Assembly (NCBI RefSeq): GCF_009914755.1
Contig: NC_060928.1
From: the human T2T-CHM13v2.0 reference genome, Homo sapiens
Reading direction: 5' to 3' (one strand)
DNA length: 64,000 bases
The position numbers and the translations under genes were made by a program. The notes beneath the pieces were generated by a model. It was not told where the DNA came from, searched no databases, and was given only the letters and a program-made list of their open reading frames with translations. Shown piece after piece: positions 52,750-64,000 of the stretch; position 1 is the stretch's first letter, and every line of letters begins with the position of its first letter.

Positions 52750-54250
52750 GCTTTCATACTTGTTTATTTTTTCTTGGTTCCCTTTAATTTTGGCCTGGTC
52801 TCATAAACTCTTCTATGTGCATAAAAATAATGTTAAAATTTTACCCTTCTTATAGTTGTCCTCAGTGAGACACTTGTTATGGTAAACTAATCCAACATTG
52901 TTTGTAATTGAAAGTTTTACCTTTATTCTCAACTTTTATCATCTTTTCTTTGAAGTTTTCTCTTGTATTTTATCTTTTGTTGGATAATGTTTCTTCTAAT
53001 CCATTCTGAAGGTCTCTGTCTTTTGTCAGTGAGTTTAATACATTTACATTTATTGCGATTGTTACTAGGACTCATTTCTTTCTTAATATTTGATTTTTAT
53101 TGTATATTTTCTGTGTATTAGTTTAATTTGCCTTTCACACTTTCCATTCAATTTCATACAAGAAGTTCCTTCTTCTTGTATGAAAGTTAATATTGTGTTT
53201 TATTTATTGTTTGGTTACCAGTAAAACAATGATGAATATCTACATTACTTTTTTTCTTCTACCCATTTCTTAGTTTATCCATATCCATATCACCTCTCTC
53301 TTTCTTGTCTCTTATTTTCTTCTCCCCTGACACCACGTTTGCATTTTTAACTCTGAGCTTTATGGATCTTTTATAGATTTTAGGTTTGTTTTAGCAACAG
53401 GAAAATTTACTATGCTGTTTTCTTACCTGTACATTTCATGTATTTCATAGATTTTTCTAGTTTCAACTTACCATTATACTTCCTGAAAGTATTTTCAAAA
53501 GAGTCATTTGCTTGATGAAATTTCTGAGTTCTTGTTTGCCTGAGAATATGTAAGTATGTTTCCTTTGCATGTAAATTATTGTTAGTTGCATATAATATTT
53601 CAGATTTAAAGTCCTTTTATTATTACTCTTGAAAAATGTTATTCTCCTCTATTATGAATATAACATTAACAATAATTGCATTAGTGTTTCATTTCTTGTT
53701 TTTTTTTGTAAATACTCTGTTCTTTATTAGAAAACTTTAGTAATCTCTTTTTTGTGTTTGATGTTTTAAAATTCACTTTAATATGTTTGTATTGTCTTTT
53801 TAAATCATCTAAAAGGTTTGGCACTATGAAACTTTGCAATATTTTTCTTTTTTAATTCTTACAAATGTTAGGCCACTATTTCTCCAAATACTTCCTCTCT
53901 TTCATTTTTTAAAAATATAGTTTCCTGGAAAACCTTCAATGTGGAGGTTAACAATTATATATCCATCCTTCCTCTCTCCAAAATTTTGTTTTTTCTTCTC
54001 TTTTTCTTTTTCTCTTTCTTGTGATGTTTTAAAATTTTCCTCTAATTTCAAATTCATTAGTTTGTTACCCAATTGTATTTATTCTATTTTAATTTATCTA
54101 CTGAGTTCTATTTTTTTCAAAATGTATTATTCTGCTCATCTTTTCCATTATTCTCCCTCATCTCTTTGAGAATATTTAATTCTTACTTATATTTATTTTA
54201 AGATTTTATTTATATTTATTTTGAATTTCTGTTCCACAATTCTCTTTTAT
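52750..54250 (-). mobile_element. Ancient L1M/HAL1-like remnant
   Basis: T-rich, L1 ORF1-like reverse motifs (GGCCACTATTTCTCCAAATA, GTGAGTTTAATACATTTACATTTATTG); heavily decayed. Confidence 0.45.
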
Positions 54251-56053
54251 CTGGTATAAGGTGAAGGAATCCACCTCCAGTCTGAGATTTTCTAACTTTG
54301 CAATCTGGGCAGAATCACTCTCTTTGCTCACCGCCCCACAGTAAGCAATTACGTACTTTGAGGACTCTTCTTTTCTCCTCACTAGTCCTGATAGGGAGGA
54401 TAGAGAAGAGAAAATCATCAGGATCCACCCAAAATATCTGGGAACCTGTTGTTATTCACCCTCCAACCCAGCTAGGTTGGATTGCCTTTCTGCTGTTTCC
54501 TCACCATTTGTCACTGATGCTGGGTTGGTGCTGCTGTTTTTTCTCCTTACTGTAGGAAATCATTCTCGCAGGGCAATGTGAAGAAAGGCAGAAATTACAA
54601 CTTAAAAGTTCTTCTTTAAGTTCCTGCTGTTTTTGCAGCCAGTTCTTTTCGTATCTAAATTGTTCTTCCCTCCATATATATTAGCTTATGTCTTTCTAAG
54701 AGTAATCAGTATTTTATTTTCTGTTTCTCAGAATCAACCAGACTAGCATTTGTGTCACATATACAGAATTATATTAAGGGGAAGAAGACAGCCATACTCA
54801 TTAATTTGTCAAAAACTGAGAGAGGTTTTTCAAGTGATCTTATTTTACCCTTATAACTAAGATCAACATTATTGCTGTATCTCCTTCAACACTGTTTTTG
54901 GCTGTTACAAACTAATTCATTTCCACAGAATTCTATGTACCTAGCTCAGTGCCATGGGCAAAAGTGTTTGCAAGAATTCCTACCTTCTGTTTTGCTGGGG
55001 AGGCCAATTTTCAAAAATCTATTACTAAATTTGCACACATGTAATACTCTGTGGAATAATACACTTGTCCAAGTTGTAAATAAAAAAATCCTAAATGTAA
55101 TGATAAAATTCTTCAATATGACTTATATAGGCAGTAAGTAGATAAGAAATAATTAAGGGGCCCAACTAATGCATTCTATGAATAAATAGGGGTAGACAAG
55201 TAAGACACAGCATCATGAGACTTTCAGTGCCTTTATTTCATACAAATGCTGTGAAGTGGTTCATAGTCTGACAACGTCTTCTTTGAGGGTGAAGGACGCT
55301 TTGAACTGCTTTCTAGTTCTCCAGAGTCTATTTATAAATTACACTTAAATAGGTTTAAAATTACTTATCTCTCTGGTAGGTTTTTAATTCCAGATGAAGT
55401 ATTCCAACAGAAAAAAATCATGTCAGATTTATTTTTACATGTTTACAAACAGCCATTTTTAAATCCACTCTGAAACTTTTACCTTGATCACCCCAATATG
55501 ACAGCACAGTTGTATCTATTGACATTGACCAGTATTAAATTGAAGAACTGCTGTAAATTACCTCTCCATTCAGATCTATATGTATAAAATGCAGTTTTTC
55601 TCCTCTTACATGCAACACTATTTTTTTAACTTCTCAATATTTTGAAACCATCTATTTGTCCATGAAAAAAAAAATTCTTCAAGGATTAATTGAACAAACA
55701 ATTTGGTGAAGACTTCTGTGAAATTATCACAAGAGATAGATCATAATAGGTGGTTGTAACAAGAAAAAAACTCCTAAGAAAAGGTTTTCAGAGGACTCTA
55801 AGGGTCAAAAATCTCCCATGGGCTTTGCAAACAGCAGCCCCAGTTGCAAATCCGGGACCTGGCTTTAGGTACATGAAGCTCAGCTCAGGTTGTCGCTGGC
55901 ACAAAGGGTCAGCTCTAAATGAAATTCTAAGTAAGTGAATTCCATCTCAGTGTACACAGTGGTATCTTTTTTTTTTCCCTCCCCCCTCCCCCCTCCCCAT
56001 GACAGTCCCCAGAGTGTGATATTCCCCTTCCTGTATCCATGTGATCTCATTGT

Positions 56054-59907
<3,854 letters not shown>

Positions 59908-59943
59908 TTAGTTGATGCAGTTTCTTCCTAGTCTCGATGGTCT

Positions 59944-60960
59944 TTACATTTTGGCATGATTTTGCAGCGGCTGGTACCAGTTGTTCCTTTCCATGTTTAG
60001 CGCTTCCTTCAGGAGCTTTTTTAGGGCAGGCCTGGTGGTGACAAAATCGGTCAGCATTTGCTTGTCTGTAAAGTATTTTATTTCTCCTTCGCTTATGAAG
60101 CTTAGTTTGTCTGGATATGAAATTCTGGGTTGAAAATTCTTTTTTTTAAGAATGTTGAATATTGGCCCCCACTCTCTTCTGGCTTGTAGGGTTTCTGCCA
60201 AGAGATCCGCTGTTAGTCTGATGGGCTTCCCTTTGAGGGTAACCCGACGTTTCTCTCTGGCTGCCCTTAACATTTTTTCCTTCATTTCAACTTTGGTGAA
60301 TCTGACAATTATGTGTCTTGGAGTTGCTCTTCTCGAGGAGTATCTTTGTGGCGTTCTCTGTATTTCCTGAATCTGAACGTTGGCCTGCCTTGCTAGATTG
60401 GGGAAGTTCTCCTGGATAATATCCTGCAGAGTGTTTTCCAACTTGGTTCCATTCTCCGCATCACTTTCAGGTACACCAATCAGACGTAGATTTGGTCTTT
60501 TCACACAGTCCCATATTTCTTGGAGGCTTTGCCCATTTCTTTTTATTCTTTTTTCTCTGAACTTCCCTTCTCGCTTCATTTCATTCATTTCATCTTCCAT
60601 TGCTGATACCCTTTCTTCCAGTTGATCGCATTGGCTCCTGAGGCTTCTGCATTCTTCACGTAGTTCTCGAGCCTTGGTTTTCAGCTCCATCAGCTCCTTT
60701 AAGCACTTCTCTGTATTGGTTATTCTAGTTATACATTCTTCTAAATTTTTTTCAAAGTTTTCAACTTCTTTGCCTTTGGTTTGAATGTCCTCCCATAGCT
60801 CAGAGTAATTTGATCGTCTGAAGCCTTCTTCTCTCAGCTCGTCAAAATCATTCTCCATCCAGCTTTGTTCCATTGCTGGTGAGGAACTGCGTTCCTTTGG
60901 AGGAGGAGAGGCGCTCTGCGTTTTAGAGTTTCCAGTTTTTCTGTTCTGTTTTTTCCCCAT
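59944..60960 (-). CDS. L1 ORF1p, open, 338 aa (RNA-binding chaperone)
   Basis: MGKKQNRKTGNSKTQSASPPPKERSSSP...QNHAKM; full canonical length. Confidence 0.95.
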   Translation of the reverse strand: MGKKQNRKTGNSKTQSASPPPKERSSSPAMEQSWMENDFDELREEGFRRSNYSELWEDIQTKGKEVENFEKNLEECITRITNTEKCLKELMELKTKARELREECRSLRSQCDQLEERVSAMEDEMNEMKREGKFREKRIKRNGQSLQEIWDCVKRPNLRLIGVPESDAENGTKLENTLQDIIQENFPNLARQANVQIQEIQRTPQRYSSRRATPRHIIVRFTKVEMKEKMLRAAREKRRVTLKGKPIRLTADLLAETLQARREWGPIFNILKKKNFQPRISYPDKLSFISEGEIKYFTDKQMLTDFVTTRPALKKLLKEALNMERNNWYQPLQNHAKM

Positions 60961-61852
60961 CTTTGTGGTTTTATCTACTTTTGGTCTTTGATGATGGTGA
61001 TGTACAGATGGGTTTTCGGTGTGGATGTCCTTTCTGTTTGTTAGTTTTCCTTCTAACAGACAGGACCCTCAGCTGCAGGTCTGTTGGAATACCCTGCCGT
61101 GTGAGGTGTCAGTGTGCCCCTGCCGGGGGGTGCCTCCCAGTTAGGCTGCTCGGGGGTCAGGGGTCAGGGACCCACTTGAGGAGGCAGTCTGCGGGTTCTC
61201 AGACCTCCAGCTGCGTGCTGGGAGAACCACTGCTCTCTTCAAAGCTGTCAGACAGGGACATTTAAGTCTGCAGAGGTTACTGCTGTCTTTTTGTTTGTCT
61301 GTGCCCTGCCCCCAGAGGTGGAGCCTACAGAGGCAGGCAGGCCTCCTTGAGCTGTGGTGGGCTCCACCCAGTTCGAGCTTCCAGGCTGCTTTGTTTACCT
61401 CAGCAAGCCTGGGCAATGGCGGGCGCCCCTCCCCCAGCCTCGCTGCCGCCTTGCAGTTTGATCTCAGACTGCTGTGCTAGCAATCAGCGAGATTCCGTGG
61501 GCGTAGGACCCTCTGAGCCAGGTGTGGGATATAGTCTCGTGGTGCGCTGTTTTTTAAGCCGGTCTGAAAAGCGCAATATTCGGGTGGGAGTGACCCGATT
61601 TTCTAGGTGCGTCCGTCACCCCTTTCTTTGACTCGGAAAGGGAACTCCCTGACCCCTTGCGCTTCCCAAGTGAGGCAATGCCTCACCCTGCTTTGGCTCG
61701 CGCACGGTGCGCGCACCCACTGTCTGGCACTCCCTAGTGAGATGAACCCGGTACCTCAGATGGAAATGCAGAAATCACCCGTCTTCTGCATCGCTCATCC
61801 TGGGAGCTGTAGACCGGAGCTGTTCCTATTCGGCCATCTTGGCTCCTCCCCC
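60961..61852 (-). promoter_or_regulatory. L1 5' UTR: CpG-rich internal sense promoter and antisense promoter
   Basis: YY1 site CAAGATGGCC (61832-61841, minus), RUNX3-region TGCATTTCCATCTGAGGTA, SOX-type AAACAAA sites; the only CpG-dense stretch in the window. Confidence 0.85.
61416..61631 (+). CDS. L1 antisense ORF0, intact, 71 aa
   Basis: GCAATGG start context; MAGAPPPASLPPCSLISDCCASNQRDSVGVGPSEPGVGYSLVVRCFLSRSEKRNIRVGVTRFSRCVRHPFL*. Confidence 0.88.
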   Translation: MAGAPPPASLPPCSLISDCCASNQRDSVGVGPSEPGVGYSLVVRCFLSRSEKRNIRVGVTRFSRCVRHPFL

Positions 61853-62499
61853 CACAGTGGTATCTTTCTCCTTCACCTTGCTCCCCTTGAATTCTCCCTC
61901 AGACATTCAAGGTTTAAAGCTTCCCCCTTCACTGCCGACACAAACTCATTTTATCATGTATTCATTCAGTGAACAATTTGTAAGACCAAATACCAGATGC
62001 TAGAGTTATCAAGCATATAAGGCAGAAGATATATCCTTAATAATTCACAGTCTAATGGAGAGAAAGGTACAAAATAAATGCAATTTAATGTGATGAACAC
62101 AATAATTAGGGTTAAATACTCTGCATAAACACAATCAAAGAAGTAAGTTATCAACTTCATTTAGATAGCTCAAGGAAGGTTTTGAATTGAAAAAGACATT
62201 TGAACCAGGTCTAGAAACATTAGGTGTGGGAGACAGGAGTAAGGGAAAGGGCACTTCATGAGAATTAACTGGATATGCAAAAGCAGAAAAAACTTATAGC
62301 AAATTGATTTACAGTGAGGTGTGAAATTGCTAGGCTAAAAGGCAGAATATTAGGTCTGAGGAATAAATCCCTAAAACATAAATTTTTAGAACCTAAAAAA
62401 TTAGGAATATCATTTGATTTTGCAGGGAGACCCTCCAAGAAACCCAGAAAAATGATAGTTATTCTGCTTACTCTTAAATATAAAAAATATATTTTAACT

Positions 62500-63265
62500 T
62501 AAAAAATATTTAATTGTTATAGATACATAATAGTTATACATATTTATGGGGTACATGTAGTATTTTGATGTAAGCATACAATGTGTAATGATCAAATCTG
62601 GGTAACTGGTATATCCATCACCTCAAGCATTTATCATTTCTTTGTGTTAAAAACATTCCAAGTCCACTAGTTTAGTTATCTTTAAATATGCAATAAATTA
62701 TTGTTACCTATAGTTGCCCTCTTATCCTACTGAACACTTGACCACTAGAGGTCCCCCGACTTGACAGCATTCATTATTTTTTGTCTTTTAATAAAAGCCA
62801 TTTTAACCAGTGTGAGATAATATTTCATTGTAGTTTCGATTTTTATCTGATGACTGATGATGTTGAACATTTTTTCATATACCTGTTCACCATTTCCTGA
62901 CATGTTTATCATGAAAAACGGTTCAACGAGAAAAAGAAAACCATTTGTGTCTCATTTTGAGAAACGTCTATTCAGAACTTTTGCTCATTTTTTAATCATA
63001 TTATTTGTTTTTATCATTATTGATTTGTTTGAGTTTCTTATATATTCTGGTTATTAATTCTTTGTCAGATGAGTAGTTTGCAAATATTTTCTCCCACTCT
63101 GTAAGTTGTCTCTTTGCATATTGAATATTTCCTTTGCTGTGTAGAAGCTTTTTAGCTTGATGTGATCCCATTTGTCCATTTTTGCCTGGGTTGCCTGTAC
63201 TATTGAGGTCTTACTCAAGAAATCATTGCCCAGACCAATGTCCCAGAGTCCTTTCTCAACGTTTT
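62500..63265 (-). mobile_element. L1MA (MA3-like) 3' end plus ORF2 fragment
   Basis: CATATTTATGGGGTACATG...CAATGTGTAATGATCAAATC...CATCACCTCAAGCATTTATCATTTCTTTGTG. Confidence 0.85.
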
Positions 63266-63355
63266 CAACTTTACAGCCTGATTTTTTATCTAACTATTTA
63301 TCTATTGATGTATTTATTTATCTATCATCTATCTATATAATCTGTCTTATAATAA

Positions 63356-63383
63356 ACACACACACACACACACACACACACAC
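63356..63383. repeat. (CA)n microsatellite
   Basis: Direct reading. Confidence 0.95.
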
Positions 63384-64000
63384 TCAAATACACATAGTAA
63401 ATATAATATAACCTAAAATGGACAATATAGGATATATCAATTCTACAATGCTAAAAAGAGTGTTTGGTAAGAACATTTGTTTGCTGTCATACTGATAGCA
63501 AAATGTCTAATCAGATTGCTTCTCTATGTTTATCCTTAGCCAAATGTTTGAACACCCAATTATTCATAAGTGTTTTCTCATACCATGTCTGTGCTACTGT
63601 TAAATTTTTGACCAATTACCTTCACATGTTCCAGTTTATTTTTTGTGGTAACTTTTTTCTTTGCTTTTTTTCTGCTAGAAACACAGGGCTTTTGGTATAA
63701 TTTGGCTAGTCCCTTTCTTTCTACCTGCAACCATATATTACTATCCCTTCTGAAGACTATAACCTGTATGAAGTTCATATTGAAGCACCATTATTGGGTG
63801 GTTCACTGTAGACCTTAAAAAACATAGAGAAAAAGTCCAATTACAAAGAGTTTAGTTTAAAAGCAAGTGAGTCACTTCTTATTCACACTACAACACTTAG
63901 AGGTTTATATTGATCCTCATATGCTTTGACAGAAATTTTACCAACCTGTATGTTAGGCAGAAAATCCAAAAGACTATCCATTTTCGTCTGGAAATTAAAT

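Overview
This is AT-rich primate (human/great-ape-type) non-coding DNA, intergenic or deep intronic. I can support no host protein-coding gene, tRNA, rRNA or CRISPR array; nearly every ORF in the track is spurious or a transposon remnant. The window is a layered record of retroelements: old L3/CR1, L2 and MIR; MaLR LTRs (MLT1, MST, THE1 solos and one complete THE1A-like element); nested L1MC/L1MA/L1PB/L1PA16 fragments; and six Alus (J, S, Y). The main element is a near full-length L1PA2-like LINE-1 on the minus strand (55970-61852) with a perfect 15-bp TSD. It has an open ORF1, an intact antisense ORF0 and a broken ORF2 whose first 497 codons keep the endonuclease. Its 3' UTR stops exactly after the G-rich tract and runs into a short A-tail with no polyA signal. 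Other oddities: an unidentified ~0.7-kb insert inside an old L1, a THE1A element integrated at the tip of a palindrome, a head-to-head THE1 LTR pair, a 44-bp TSD-flanked insert and several fold-back (template-switch) duplications. I found no evidence for a new multi-gene system. Subfamily calls come from recalled consensus sequences and need RepeatMasker/Dfam confirmation.
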